64,000 nt of DNA from Rhina ancylostomus (lineage: Eukaryota): the NCBI GenBank assembly GCA_030265395.1, contig JARFYF010000046.1:14521958-14585957 (forward strand), in the 5' to 3' direction. How positions within the stretch are numbered: the stretch's first letter is position 1; each line of letters opens with the position of its first letter. The position numbers were made by a program, and so were the translations under genes. The notes beneath the pieces are model-generated. The model searched no databases, was not told the DNA's origin, and worked only from the letters and a program-made list of their open reading frames with translations. Of this stretch, positions 13,293 to 27,120 are shown piece after piece.

Positions 13293-15011
13293 GTAATAGC
13301 TGGGTAGTTTGGGCTCTTTCCCTTTTATTATATGTACAACACTGAGAATTGAGGTAACCAATATTTGCCTGTATAGCCATGTGGTTGGGAGATAATTTTT
13401 TTAATCAATGAGAGAAAAAATGATTAAAGATGACTCTAAGCAGGGTTGGCCTCAGGCTGATAGAGGAATGCAGAAAATCATCAGCTTAATCACAACTTGC
13501 TTTGACATTTATGCTTTTTTTCTGAACTGTCTATTATGCAGCTTGTTATTAAAAATAAGGAAGCTGAAAAACTGTGTGGTGAGATGGTGTGTCCTGGTAA
13601 GAGTCCTCATACACAAAGCCTTGAGCTTGTGCACTGATTGCGATGCTCCATTGCCATTCCAATAGTAGGCACCCATCTGTTAGTGGTGCAGACGGTATGC
13701 ACAGCATGGAGGAGAAATATTCAGCAGTTCAGACAACGCCTGTGGAGAAGTCTGGAGCAAGTGGCTAGATCTATGGGTGGTGAGGGTTGTAGTTTGATAT
13801 TTGTAAATGATGGGTAGGAAGGATGATGGTGGGAAGAGAAAAATGAATGCTTTCCCACAAATGTTGCAGTTTTACAACAGATATATAGGCCTTATTGTCC
13901 AAAAGCTTAACCTTGGCATAAGTGCCCCAGACACAAAACTTCATCCCACTTTACTTATCAATGACTTAACACCATATCCTTTGAGATCTCTATATCCCTC
14001 ATTTTTACTTAACTTTGTCGTACATGCACCTGTGCTAATTGCCTCAACAACTCCATGTGATTGATGGAGAATTCTGTGAATTTATTAAAATTATTCTTTA
14101 GATTTAAACAACATGGGTTCAAGGCACAATCCTGTCTTTACAATTAGGTAGGTACTATTGATACTGTTGGTTAGCCTGACACATTCAGTCTACCAGTCAT
14201 TTATCAGCCAAAACTCTTACTGAGGAGTGGATAGTAGGAACCAGCCAATGTCAGTGAGTGGTCCTCGATTTCATTATTACACTAATAGGATTGTTTGGGA
14301 TTAATGGATTTTTACCCTTCAGAATCCCAAATGTAAACATGATCCATTAGGATTCCAATGTAATTTGTACTGGGGGGAAAAGAAAATGAAGCCTGTAGCA
14401 AAATTCATTTTCTGTTACTGGCAAAGATCGATTTCCTCCTCATTGAATTTATTAATTAAATCTGAGCCTCAAAGGGATAAGATCATTCTGTGCAGCAAGT
14501 GCAGTGAAGTTATAAATGCATTCATTTCAAGTCCGTTATATAATTTTGTTACAGATAACCTAAATGCAAATGGTATAATTTTAAATGCTGCTTTACTCAC
14601 CAGGACTCAGTGAGGTAAATTTGCACCTTTTGTTTATTCAACACAAAGTTTTATACAAAGGGGACAGTTGTTTAAAATTTAAATGAACACAAAATTGTGG
14701 ATCAATGAGTCAGATGTGCACCTGCATAGTGTGGTATCAGAACTCTACATTGACAGTACCAGAGATAAAACTCTTCTAGAAACCAAGTAAATATACCCTC
14801 AAGAGACATTATCATTTGTTCACTGGCAGATCAGCCATGCTGACTATCCAAAATATCAGAACATTATTGGCCAGTTATGGCATCAGTTAGGACTTAACTG
14901 GTATCATGCAAGTGTCTACATAATGTTGGATATCTTGATGACGGAGGCTTTTGTTTCGTGAGGATCTCCTGAATATCTGGTTCCTTTGGTCAGTTATGGC
15001 AGTACCTGACA

Positions 15012-15365
15012 TGGAACATAGAACACAATAGCACAGTACAGGCCCTTTGGCCCACAATGTTGTGTCAACATTTTATCCCGCTCTAAGAGCTACCTAACCC
15101 TTCTCTCCCACATAACTCTCTACTTTTTCCATCATTCATGTGTCTATCTAAGAGTATCTTAAATGTCCCTAATGAATCTGCCCTCACAACCTCTGTAGGC
15201 AGTGCATTCCACTCACCCACCACTCTGTGTGTAAAAAAAACCCTTATATTTTCCTCCAATCATCTTAAAATTATGTCCCTTCATGTTAGCCATTGTCGCC
15301 CTGGGAAAAAGTCTCTGACTGTCCACTCGATCTATGCCTCTTATCTCGTACACCTCTATCAAGTC
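15012..15365 (-). mobile_element. CR1-type LINE 3' end
   Basis: gaacatagaaca tail; the antisense ORF contains DLIEVYEIRGIDRVDSQRLFP. Confidence 0.85.
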
Positions 15366-15589
15366 ATGAGAAAGTAAGCTTTCATTCTGTGCTGACCCCA
15401 ATGGAATGTCATATGTCACTCTTGTACCATCTGTCCTTGGCCAGGAAATTAATTGGGGACCATATCGCAAAAATTCAGCTGCCTTGTCATGCCGACATAC
15501 AATTGCTTTCTGTTCTACACAGGCTGACAATAGAAAGACGAGGACATTAGATGAAAGTTGTAATATATGTGAGTGATTCTACCAAGCTT

Positions 15590-16022
15590 TAGCATTCTGG
15601 CTGGTTGCATCACCGCCTGGTATGGACAGGATCGCAGGAGGATGCAGAGGGTTGTAGACTCAACCAGCTCCATCACAGACACAACCCTGCCTGCCATTAA
15701 GGACATCTTCAAAAGGCTATGCCTCAAGAAGGTGGCATAGATCATGAAGGCCCTCACCATCCGTGACATGGCTTCTTCTCGTTACTACCATCAGGGAGGA
15801 GGTGCAAGAGCATGAAGACCCACACACAACATTTTCAGAACAGAATCTACCACTGTGCTATCAGTATTATGAATGATCCATAAACCCGTGAACACTACCT
15901 TGTTATTCACGTTTTGCACTTTATTTGTTTTTGTAACTTACTGTAATTTTTACATCTTGCACTGTACTGCTGCCACAAAACAAATTTCATGACATATGTC
16001 AGTGATAATAATTATGATTCTC
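15590..16022 (+). mobile_element. Rex1/Babar-type LINE 3' fragment
   Basis: Translates SILAGCITAWYG..RMQRVV..LPAIKDIF..CLKK / FSLLPSGRR, typical of Rex1/Babar C-termini; gataataattatgattct tail. Confidence 0.85.
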
Positions 16023-16189
16023 ACTCTCAAACTGAGGGACAGTCCTGAGCTATTAGTAAAGAGGGATTCATGGAGCATACCGGGTTTGGTGTGTCTGATG
16101 CCTGGCTCATACTGGTTTGGCCATCTAATTTTATTGTTTTCACCTGTTGCAGTATTTTGCTATAGCTGGGGTCATTGCTAATCCATCCA

Positions 16190-16400
16190 AGAGGATGGCT
16201 CAGTGTCAACTACAGTTCTATGGATCTGGAGACTTGTGTAGGCCAAAAGATTTCTTTCCCAAAAGAACATTAGGGAATTTAGGTAGGATTTTATAACAAT
16301 TTAAAGGGTGCATTTTCACTAGCAATGCTTCTAGCTTTGAATTCCAGATTTATTTAATTTGCTGAATGCAAGTACCCTGGCTGCCATGGTGGGGTTTTAT
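16190..16400 (-). mobile_element. SINE fragment (same family as 57050-57310)
   Basis: ctagctttgaattccagatttatttaatttgctgaat...ctgccatggtgggg is antisense-similar to the 57.1 kb copy. Confidence 0.55.
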
Positions 16401-17149
16401 ATGTTATAGTTCAAAGGTATTTACTCTGGTTTGTATTTTTTTTATTCCTCTTCACTTTCTTCTTCCCTCTCCCTGGGCCTCCTTGGTTCACACCATCATT
16501 CAGTCAATAGGATGAGGTATTGCTCTGCGCTCAGGCTTCAACCAATGTAGTCCCAGAGTCAGGCTTAGGAAGTACACAAGAACAGCCCTTTTCCTTCCTC
16601 CCTTTGGGAAAGCACCTGTCATCTGCTTCTTGCCCCTCCCTCTGGCCAAACCAATGCTGTGGCAGTACCATGTGGAGTAGAGGTCAGGTTCATGTCTCTC
16701 CACTGCTTCTCTCAACAGAGCATCAGCAGACTCTGTTGGCTCTGCATTGAAAACTGAAATGTTTTCTTTTCATAGCCTGCACATAATTTTTCTCCTCTGT
16801 TATGCCTGTTCATTAAAGTTATTTCATTCATAAAAACATGTTCTGCAGATTCTCTACAGATGTCACCAATACCCCCAACAGATTTGACTCCAATTTCCCA
16901 TAGATTTATCTTGCCACTGCTCCATACTATGTAACGTGATATCCTTTTCTAGGATGATTGCAGAGCTAGATATTTTTCTAACAAAAGCTTTGAAACTAGT
17001 GGGGGGTTTTTTGTACTTAAAAACCTGCAGGTAATTCAAAGTGTGTCTGAAAAATTTGCATTGAAAACAATATTAACTACAATCTTCACTGGGAGAATGA
17101 TTTTTACTAGTGTTATGGAATGTACAGGAAGTGTTTTCTGGCAAAAAAA

Positions 17150-17550
17150 GAGAATTTCATTTATATAGATCCTTTCACCACCTCATGGGAAGTGAATCCA
17201 AATAGTTTACAGCTAATTGGGTACTCTTAGAAGTACAGTCACCATTGGAGTATTGAAACCAAGTGCAGACAGAGCAAAGAGAAAATGACCAAGAAATACT
17301 GAATGCTCAGTACTGGATAAAACAAAGAAAACTCTTCTGTTCTTCTTGGAAACTGTGTCACAGGTATTTTATTTTCAATTAAAGTAGGCAAAGCTTTGTT
17401 TTAACACTTCATTCAAAAGATCATTGTCTGACAGTGCAGTGTACTCAAGTATTAGCCTTGATTTTGTACTTAATTTCCCAGAGTGGGGAATGAAGGTACA
17501 AACTGCTGACCTAGAGGTAAGAGTGCCACCAACTGAGCCAAGGCTGACAG
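17150..17550 (-). mobile_element. DeuSINE-type (SacSINE1-like) SINE
   Basis: tRNA-like head agagtgccaccaactgagccaaggctgac, core tctgacagtgcag..ctc and tail gaatttcatttatatag, all on the minus strand. Confidence 0.7.
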
Positions 17551-20500
17551 GCTGCATTCCCAAGGCCCCATGTGCACTCACTCACTTTTTCAAATTTTTT
17601 TAAAGTTAGTTTTGGTTTATAAAGTGCTAAGGGGGTTTAAAGGTCCCTGAGTACTTTTCAAGCCCAGTTTGACATGATTCTGAAGTTATTCTATGCAACA
17701 CCAAGTCTTCTCTAAGGGGACTCTCAAAACAATTCACTCATGAGTCAAGCTGGGTCGTGATTCCAATGTTACTCTGTCACTTTTAATTGTACTGCAATGT
17801 AAAGACTTAGCTACAAAGAAGTGTTATTATAACTGGAACCCTAGTTGTGAATATAGTTAAGAATTATATATTTAAACCAATGAAAGGCGCTGATTATAAA
17901 AGAAAATGTTTGCCAAATACTGTTGTTCTATTTTGTCATTCATATCCTGACACAGGCACTTCCTGTTTAACGTGCAATACTGTCTGGGACTGAGAGATTG
18001 AAACCTTCGTCACTCTGAGTGAATTTGCAAAATTTATCAAAATATTATTCAAACGCTTAGTTGAATGAAACTCATTGTTTTTTTAAAAAATAGTGTGTGG
18101 TGCTTGACTCTGTGGATATTTGGGTAGTTCCTTTATTGCTTACTGCATACTCAGTTAGCTAAGCAAGATGATGAATCATCGATAACATCATCAAAACATA
18201 AGACTTTTTCCAGTACTAAATCCAACGCAAATCAACAGCATTATTTATTCCATATGTGCCTTAAAGATGTTAGTAAATATTTTGGATACTGAACTTGAAC
18301 AGTAAATTGAAGTATAAATCTAGCACTTTTGTATTGTTAACTCAATGGCTAGGATTGAACCTTTGCTTTTAGAATTTTTACTCTATATGATTAATAACCC
18401 ATTATATAAGGAAAGTTATTGTACAGAGTTTGTTTTTCTTTAAATGATTACTTCCAATCATGGAAAGGACTAATCTTTATGATATTTTTTAAAGTTTTAA
18501 TTTAATCTGGGGATATTCAGCAGTAAGTAATGGCAGATCTTTTGTTGCTTTTTGTAGTCAATACCAACAAATAAGCCAGCATTCTTTCTCTCTGGCAATA
18601 GGATTACTGCAGAATACCTTCGCAACGCAGATCAATTCAGGAGCAAGTATTGTTCTTTCAAGTTAATTGGTTTAAGCTAAATGGTTTCAAAAGTTCTGTC
18701 AAATAAATGTGCAAAGTACATTCATATAAGCTCACTAACTTTAGCATTGTAAACAATGCCAAAGAAAGATTTAGTGTGAACACATATTTGGAAGCAGTAT
18801 CTGTCAATGGGAAACTTTTGATATGAGATCTGTTCTTTCATGACTAAATATTGGCATAATATAACAGCAGTCATGGTATGAGTCACAGAATGATGAACTA
18901 GCATGTGCTGGATGTGATTACCTACAAAGAAAACTGTTTGAAGTGTTACCGTAATGTTATATCATGTTTGGTTAACTGTAAGCATTTCAGTGTTAGTGAC
19001 CAACTTGAAGAGATATGATGATTGTAACCACTGATTCACCTGGAAGTATAATGGGAAACAATTTATATTTAAGACCACTGACATGGGCCTCTGTTAATGT
19101 TATTCCACAGCTTGCGTGCTTTTGGGAGTGAGAAATATCCTTGCTGTGTGGATAAGTAAATTGGCCTACAACACAGTGACTGTGCTTCAGCATCACCATA
19201 AATTCTGGGTACTCAAAGTGCAGTGGTTCTGTGTTTATATTCTAACATGCATTCTGCTTGCTCTGCCAAGAATCACAACCGTATCTATTGCAAGGATAGA
19301 ATCTTCAAAGAAACTTGAAATGTTTTAAAAGTTTAAGATTTTTGCTATGTATTTTTTGTACTTAAGGTGATTGTTAGTACTGGACAGTGGGACACTTCAG
19401 AGAGTGTGTGTCAGTCACTGTGAGTCCCCAAATGAAATACATTCAAGACCAAGAGCTAAATAAAGATCACTGTTCTCTTCCAATACAGTGCATTAATGGA
19501 AAAACCAGGAGGGAATACCTAGTCATTCTCCGTTATTTGCCTTAATGGAAGAAAAGGATGCACTGTTCAAACGAATTCATTTCTTTGGAAAATATCAACT
19601 TCCTACTGTCAAAAAGATGTGGGAATTGTTGATTCCAGTAATATCAATCGCAAGGGAATGTCACTGCTTTCAGAAAGACTTCACTGCAAGGAATAACTTA
19701 AAACTATTCAGCAGGCTATTTTGAGATCAAGTGAGCTTGGTAAACCATCACAGAGGACAGAACATTTACAATTGCTGCTCTGGAACCAAGCAGTTCCAGG
19801 TTAACTCTTCAATCAGTTCTGAAGTGCTCTCCTGCTAGTTTACTATATAAGTCATATGTCTATTCTCACAAAATTAGTTATGGCTTTAGGAGATCCAAAA
19901 ACACGTTGGAGAGTTAAGATAACACTTGGCTTATTTAGATATCATATTGTTTTCTCAATATTCTATCCAGTATAGCTATTAAAAGCAGGATTTTCTCATG
20001 TCATTCTAAAACACAATTTATTAAGTTTATTATAACACTGTTGATTAATACAAAAGACATACAGGTTTAGAATCTAATTTACATAATAGGCAGCTCAGCA
20101 AATGATTCAGTTCAGTTCAGCATGTGACACCAAAAAGTACAAGGTCACAGAATACATGTTCATTTTCCTCTTGTATGTTTAAATGTTCCTCTGGTAGTAG
20201 GTAACTCTTACAGTTATGCTGCAATTTTTTCTGTTAATAGTAATTATTTTACAACTTGAGTAAGTTAAAATAGAGGGTAAAACAAGCAGAACACCCTCCA
20301 ATGTTTACCACAGTGAATCCTATTAAATTGTGTGGCAATTGAAGAATATTTGATAAAATATGCACCCAGTAGAAATGATCGGTCAGGACAAAGGAGAACA
20401 GAAGCTAACTATGTTACCAAAAAAAAGCTTGTTTAACTTTAACAGAACTTTTCTTCAGACAAGACCTAATGCCTTCTTAATTAGCTCCACTCCAACTCCT

Positions 20501-21059
20501 TCACTGAATGCAAAATGGATGCAGTGCAAAATCTAGATTACAGTGTCTAAGTGTTTACATTGTCTGATGTGGAACTCATCACTAAACTAAGGACTGAGAT
20601 TTGCAGCAGCCTGGTAGCCCGAAGGTCACTGGAATATAAATTAGTCTGACAAATGTTAAACGTTGGAGCCCCAGGATTTGTTAACTTGATTTTACCATGT
20701 GGAGATCTTCACTGTGACAAGCAAGGCTACCTTAATCATAATTAAAAATAAAATGCTGAAATATATCACATTTTACTGTGTCTAGAAGCTATGAAAGAAG
20801 TTATGAAAAGCATGATTCTTTATCTTTCTGAAATATCAAATGTAGTATTTCATTTGTTTTAAACTATTCTAAAGCATTTCGTATTTATTTAGTTACTAAG
20901 CTGGTCATCAATGTATTTTGAACCCAAACTGACTCTAAACTCAATCAGTCAGAATAACATTTAAATACAAGTTAGTAGATCTGTAGTACCAACCAACTCT
21001 TGTGTTTAAGCATGTATACCCTGATATCTGCATTACTAAAGAGAAATGCAATGCCCAAT

Positions 21060-21275
21060 GAAACAGAAAATTCTGGAAACACTCAGCACACTACACAGCA
21101 TTTGTGGACAGAGAAAAAGAGTTAATATTTTGCGTCCAAGACACTTCATCAGAAACAAGGATCTTAGACCTGAAATATTAACTCTATTTTTCTTTCCACA
21201 AATGCTGCCTAGCCTGCTGAATGTTCACATTTCCATTTTTATTTCAGATTTCCAGCATCTGCAGTTTACTTTCAT
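21060..21275. mobile_element. Palindromic PLE pLTR-derived element
   Basis: aaacagaaaattctggaaacactcagca...gagttaatattt and aaatattaactc...tttcagatttccagcatctgcag form inverted arms. Confidence 0.8.
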
Positions 21276-21989
21276 TTAATGTAATTTCCCATATATTGAT
21301 ACTATTTTATGTTATGTGATCATTAGATTGTGCCCAGATCAGCAAATTATTTGTCTCCTTGTATTGCTTGCTTAATATGTGTGCATTAAATAGTTGAGGG
21401 TTAGCCATAATCACTAATTATGTAACAGTTTGTGTGAAGTGCAATTTCAGAAGCCAATACTTTCCCTGGAGAAAAGAAACCTGTTGGGTTATGTGCATAA
21501 CATCTATGTGTTGTGCCTGTCTCTAGGTGGGGATGCAACACCATGTACATATGATAAATATCTCCATATCAGAGGACATTAATTAGAACTAGGTGATCTC
21601 CTGGACCAGATTCACCATCTTCTGTGGGTGGAGAATTGTTTGAAGTGGAGAAAAATTTCACGTTCTGTTTTAACTTCTGTTGTTCTGTTTTTTATCCGTT
21701 TACTCATATCTCCCTGGAGATTATGTGACTCTTGGGTGGGGTGCCAAGTGTCTGCATTGTGATGCACAAGGTATCACTGTTGTGCAGAACAGACAGAATG
21801 AATCAGAAGGTCTTTTCCCATCCATAATTGCTCATAAAGCCAGCACAACAGGTTAAAGCCTGTTATATGTGGAATGCAGAAAGTCAGGAGATAAAAGACC
21901 CATGCATCAAAACTGGATTTCATAATGCCACATTTCTGTGACTATGTAATTCAGTTTTAATGAAAAATCAACTATTAAAGAATTGTGGC

Positions 21990-22115
21990 ACAAGAGATTC
22001 TGCAGATGCTGGAAACCTGGAGTAATACACGCAAAACGCTGGAGGAACTCAGCAGGCCAGGCAGCAGCTATGAAGGGAACTGAACAGTCGACATTTTTGG
22101 ATACCACTTCCAGGA
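21990..22115 (-). mobile_element. PLE pLTR-derived half element (relatively young, CpGs retained)
   Basis: caagagattctgcagatgctggaaacctggagtaatacacgcaaaacgctggaggaactcagcaggccaggcagc. Confidence 0.8.
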
Positions 22116-24519
22116 TCCTCGACCATATATGTATGGGTGACAGAGGTGGTCTTCTCAATATTGATGAACCCTTCTTCAGCATTGCTGAAGGGCAGCCTAC
22201 CTGAGAAGGTCCTGATCTCTAGTAGGACCACTCTACATATATTTAACCAGCTCATCCTCAATAGTTTCATTCTAATCATGACCACTATACAGCAGCTAGC
22301 ACCCTCATCCAACACCAAGACCCAGATTTGGTGATTTCTATAATGGCAGGGTACACAAAGAAATTGTCTGTGACAATGCCTTGAGCCTCACTCTATTAAA
22401 TCTTGCACGAGCAAGTCCTTGAATAAAACCCTTGTTGGCCCATTACGCACCAGCAGTTTAATGCATCTTCACTAGCCCCGTTCAATTTCTTCTGCAACTT
22501 GCGGTCCCTGTGAAGTTTCACTGTTAACATAACCTCGAATCAAGTCACAGAGGAAGTAACAGTTCAAGGAAGTTACTGCATGAGAAATGAAGATGAAGGG
22601 AACAATGCCCACAACTTAGACTGAAAAAATTATCAAAGCAATTGTAGAATGCATTGGGATTGTATTTATTGAGTACACTGACTAGCCAGAACACTAGTTG
22701 CATCAACACTAGTCTGTTCTGAATTAATATGCAGCTGGACTTGGACAAGGGCATTTTATTAAGTAAGGCAATTTCATTTTGTAATTTATCAGAAGTTAGA
22801 AGTGGAACCTATGTGCAAGTGTAGGCTTGTTTACTGGTAATAGGAATTTTATTTTTAAAGAATCAAATGACTGACATGGATGCTTGAATCACTGTCACCT
22901 TCTGGATTGACATTTGCCTTCCCCCTTGAGGCACTCTTTACTTCAGTTCTCTTGCTTGATGGCATTCAGTTAGTACACATACTAAAACGGATTTAATGTA
23001 TGATGTGTTTAAGGGGCAGGAAGGGAAATGTTATGTGAAGCTCAATTAAATCATAATGGAAATGGGTGGAGTTCACCAAAGCACAGATTTCAAACACATT
23101 TATTGTCTTTAAAAATTCACCACAAAAGGGAAATGAATCCAAATTTTCCAAATTCTGGAATAGTCCCTTGGTCCTCACTCCAACTTATTGAACTAGGATG
23201 TGCCACACAACTGTGGGTACTTTTAATGAAATGGAGTACCACAGTCTTAAATGCATATTAATATCACTATCTGGTGCCGTGGGTGTATATTAGGAATTCC
23301 AGTATAGCAGTATACGTGTGTTTAGAAGTGTCAACCAGTCAACCACTTATTTCTGTTACATAGACATTTATCACAGCAAAGTTGAGAGGATGCAATCACC
23401 TTGCACTGAAACGCATTAACAGTAAACTGCTACTAGAAATTACGTGCATGCTGTTTGGAATGAACTCCTGCAAGCAGAAATGTAGCAGGGTGGCTCTCTG
23501 CTTGCTCTGCCGATTTTGCACATCTGGATGTCTCGTGTGTATTTCCGGGAGAAAGTTCCTCACATCCAGCGCCAGCAGGCACCCTTAGCTGGAGTCCTGT
23601 CATTGACAAAGAAGCTATTCAGATTTGAGGAGGTGGACCTTGGCATTTTGGCTTTGGATCTGTTGAATGCATTGGGGTATGCATTTGCAGATGTATTATC
23701 ACTGCTATCCAAGTGTCCTCCACTGTTTAGACTCACTATTGCCCTTACATTTTGATTGAAAACCAAAAGGAGAAATATTGTGCGCAATGAAGTGTTTACG
23801 CTTCCGCTTCACAAAATAAGGAGCCTCGGTTTAATATTCATTCTGAAGTCAGTACCTCAAGTATGTAGCACTCACTCAGTGTTATTTAGACTATTTTCAT
23901 GATGACATACACTCAGGAAAAAAAAACAAATATAATCCTTGTACCTATGCCATATGTAGTTACTTGATGAAGATTAAATGGATTAGTTGTACCAACATAG
24001 AACAACTTTTGGCATGTGGTATGTAGGTAATCAAGCAAACAGCAGCTGCATTTCAGAGACTTTGACACAGATATGAGGGATGCAAGTGACAGAGGAGCAG
24101 AAACTTTCAATGCCATCTTGGACACAGTGGCTAAACCCTTTCTGGTCTCAGGTACTTAGTCTATTGATTGAAGTGTTTTTCATCCGAGGTACTTCCCAAA
24201 CCAAAGGGTCACAAGGGTCTAAGTAACACACAGCTTAATGTGTGTGTGAAGTCCATGAGGAGACAGTTGCTGAGGAAGGGGTGGGCCATAAAAACTATTT
24301 TTTAATATGAATCATTAGAAAATGTGTTTTGGTGCACCTTTAACCACTGTGTTGAATGAACCAGGGCTTTTCACAGCACAGTGCATCTTAGACTGTGTAA
24401 AAGCTTCAAAGCCACCTGAGTGAGATACCCAATGAGTGGGGGAACAAAGTCCAAGTAGCCTTGGATCGTACAATGGGCCACAGAGTGGAATTCCAAAAGC
24501 CCTTGATGTTAAAGCGATA

Positions 24520-25620
24520 CTTAACTGAACATGGCATGAAGGAGCACTGCTAAAACTGAAGTCAATGGGCATCAAGGGGAAAACACTCCAATGGTTGAGA
24601 TACAAAGGAAGAAGTTGGAATTCCATCGTCCCATTCCCAGACTTTACTGCAAGACAGTGTCCTCAGCCCAACCACCCTCAACTACATCATCAATTACCTA
24701 CCTTCCAGCATAAGGTCAGAAATGGGGATGTTTGCTGATGATTGCACTTGTTCAATTCCACTTGCAACTCCACGGCAAATGAAGCAGCAAGAACAAGGCA
24801 GCATTCGGGCATGGGCTAATAAATGGCAAGAAACACACAGGACACAGAAGGCCCAGGCAATGACTTTCTCCAACAAGAAAGGACCAAACCACAACCCTTG
24901 ACCTTTGATGGCATTAACATCGCAGAATTCCCCCATCATCAACATCCTTGGAGTCACTATTGACCAGAAGCTCACCTGGACCTGACATATAAGTAACATG
25001 GTTATAAGAGTAAGTCAGAGGCTGGGTAACTATCCCTCCCACTCCTCTGTAATTTATAACCAATTTGTATTCTCTCTTCTTTAGTTCTGTTGACTGAATA
25101 CATTAACTCTGTTTCTCTTTCCACAGATCCTGCCTGACCTACTGAGTGTTTCCAGCAAATGTTGCCTTTATCTCAAAGGCTGGTTATCTGACACCACAAA
25201 ACCTTTCCACCACCTACAAAGCACAAGTTAGGAGTGTGATAGGATACTTTCCACTTACCTGAATGAGTGTAACAACAATTTTCAAGAAGATTAATATCAT
25301 TTACTTTATTTGATTGTGATTCCGTGCACCACCCTAAACATTTATTCCCTTCACCACTGGTGCACAGTGGCTACAGTGTGTTTGACATCTACAAAATGTG
25401 CTGCAGTTATTCACCTGGGCTACTTTGACAGCACCTCCTAAACCAAGAGGTGACACAGAAAGCAAGGGCAGCAGGCACTTGGGAACACCACCACCTCTTG
25501 GTTCCCCTCCAGCCCACACACCAGCCCCATTAGGAAATATATCACCAGTCGAATCTCTCTTCCCCAAGAGCATTGTTGCAGTGCTTTCACTAGAAGGACT
25601 GCAACAGTTCAAGAAGGTCA
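24520..25620 (+). mobile_element. CR1/L2-clade LINE reverse-transcriptase pseudogene fragment
   Basis: Reads LPSSIRSEMGMFADDCT (RT catalytic FADD near 24730), NILGVTIDQKLTW and TYKAQVRSV, with stops and frameshifts. Confidence 0.85.
25025..25175 (+). mobile_element. PLE pLTR-derived element nested in the LINE
   Basis: cattaactctgtttctctttccacagatcctgcctgacctactgagtgtttccagca; flanked by the imperfect duplication aggctgggtaact / aggctggttatct. Confidence 0.7.
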
Positions 25621-25845
25621 CAAGGTCACAAGACGAAGGAGCAGAAATAGGCCATTTGACCCATCGAGGGTGCACCATGAGCTAAACTAATACTATTCCT
25701 ATCTAGCCCTAATTTTCGGCCTTATCTCCACAATTGATAATTAGATACTTATCAATTTCCTCCTCAAATGCCCCCAATGATTGAGCCTCCACAGCTGTAC
25801 ATGGCAAAGAATTCCATAATTTCACTACCCTCTGGCTAAAGAAAT
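25615..25845 (-). mobile_element. CR1 3' end inserted at the end of the LINE fragment, running into an N-gap
   Basis: aggtcacaaggtcacaag tandem tail followed by ggagcagaaataggccattt. Confidence 0.7.
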
Positions 25846-25960
25846 NNNNNNNNNNNNNNNNNNNNNNNNNNNNNNNNNNNNNNNNNNNNNNNNNNNNNNN
25901 NNNNNNNNNNNNNNNNNNNNNNNNNNNNNNNNNNNNNNNNNNNNNNNNNNNNNNNNNNNN

Positions 25961-26168
25961 AAAGATGTGTGGGTTGCGAGGTTAATTAGTCACTGTAAAT
26001 TCCCTCTAATGTATAGATGAGCAGTAAAATCTGGGGGGAGTTGATGAGAATGTGGAGAGAATAAAATAAATTAGGATAGGATTATTTTAAAGATGGCTGC
26101 TTGATGTTTGGCTTAGTCTTGGTGGACAGAAGGGCCTGTTTCCATACTGTATCTCTCTATGACTCTAA
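25961..26168 (+). mobile_element. HE1-type SINE, 3' half
   Basis: aaagatgtgtgggttgcgaggttaattagtcactgtaaatt...gaagggcctgtttccatactgtatctctctatgactcta. Confidence 0.8.
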
Positions 26169-26699
26169 GCTTCTGTCTTTGGAAGATTGGAAAAGTTCCC
26201 AGCAGGACGGTGGAGAGGACAAGTTGATTCCTCTCCATCCATATGAACATGCATCCACTCAATCTCCAGATGCTGCATTTAGCAAACAGGTACTGGGGGC
26301 CACTGCCTTCTCAGGCACAGATGAAACAGGTGGGACAATGCCCAATGTATTCTTAGAATCTGATACTGCGGTTATCCCTCCCTCCGAGGAACCAACTGAA
26401 TGCCATTATGAGTTAACCATGCAAGCTCACCCTCTTTGGTTATTAAGGGAAAGGACAATGTTCTGTTATACAAACATTTTTTGGAAATTTCCTTGCCATT
26501 GCTCTAATATGGTTGCTACGTCACCTATTGTCTGGAAATTGTCCCACCTCACTTCAACAGAAGTTGTGACAGCAAAGCAGGCTAGCTGTGCAAAAATTCC
26601 CTTTGTTGAGGAAGGATCACTAAATAAATTCTGGGCATGTTATCTTGTGGGTGGTGAACCTTTGAAATTCACTATCCAAGAGGGTTGGGATTAAGTAGT

Positions 26700-27120
26700 G
26701 TCATCTGTGGCTCAGCGTTAAAATATTTGAAATAACAGGTTATGGGTTCAAGTCTCAACACCGTGACTTCAGCACACATCTAGAATCACAGCCAAGTGCT
26801 GAAGCAATGCTGCATAGTTGGAGGTGTTGCATGTGGTTGGGATGTTATACCAAGATCTTATCTGGCCCCATACATGGATGTAAAAATCCCATGCCCCTGT
26901 TTGAGGAAGAGCTAGGGAATTCTCTTTTGTCCTGGCTTATATAATATATTATCTCTTATGTTTAATTGCTGTTTGTAGGAGCTAGTTGCACACAAATTGA
27001 CTGCAATATTCCTACACAGCAACAGAGACAACAGTTCAAAAGTCCCCATTAGTTATGAAACATTTTTGTTTTGTCCTGAGGTCAGGAAAGTTAATATATT
27101 AATGCAATTCCTTTTCTTTC
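26700..27120 (+). mobile_element. DeuSINE-type (SacSINE1-like) SINE, near full length
   Basis: Head ctgtggctcag..gggttcaagtc (A/B boxes), core ggatgtaaaaatcccatg..tttgaggaagagc, tail gtcctgaggtcaggaaag..atattaatgcaa. Confidence 0.75.

Noticed and set aside
22355-22385. TDNFF motif suggesting a piggyBac transposase
   Set aside because: The surrounding residues do not fit piggyBac, and no TIR or TTAA was found
26101-26694. Longest ORF in the window (197 aa)
   Set aside because: It starts at a TTG inside a SINE tail, shows no recognisable domain and has no convincing splice context; consistent with chance
26700-26770. tRNA-like A/B boxes
   Set aside because: This is a SINE head with no cloverleaf; no true tRNA or rRNA gene was seen in the window
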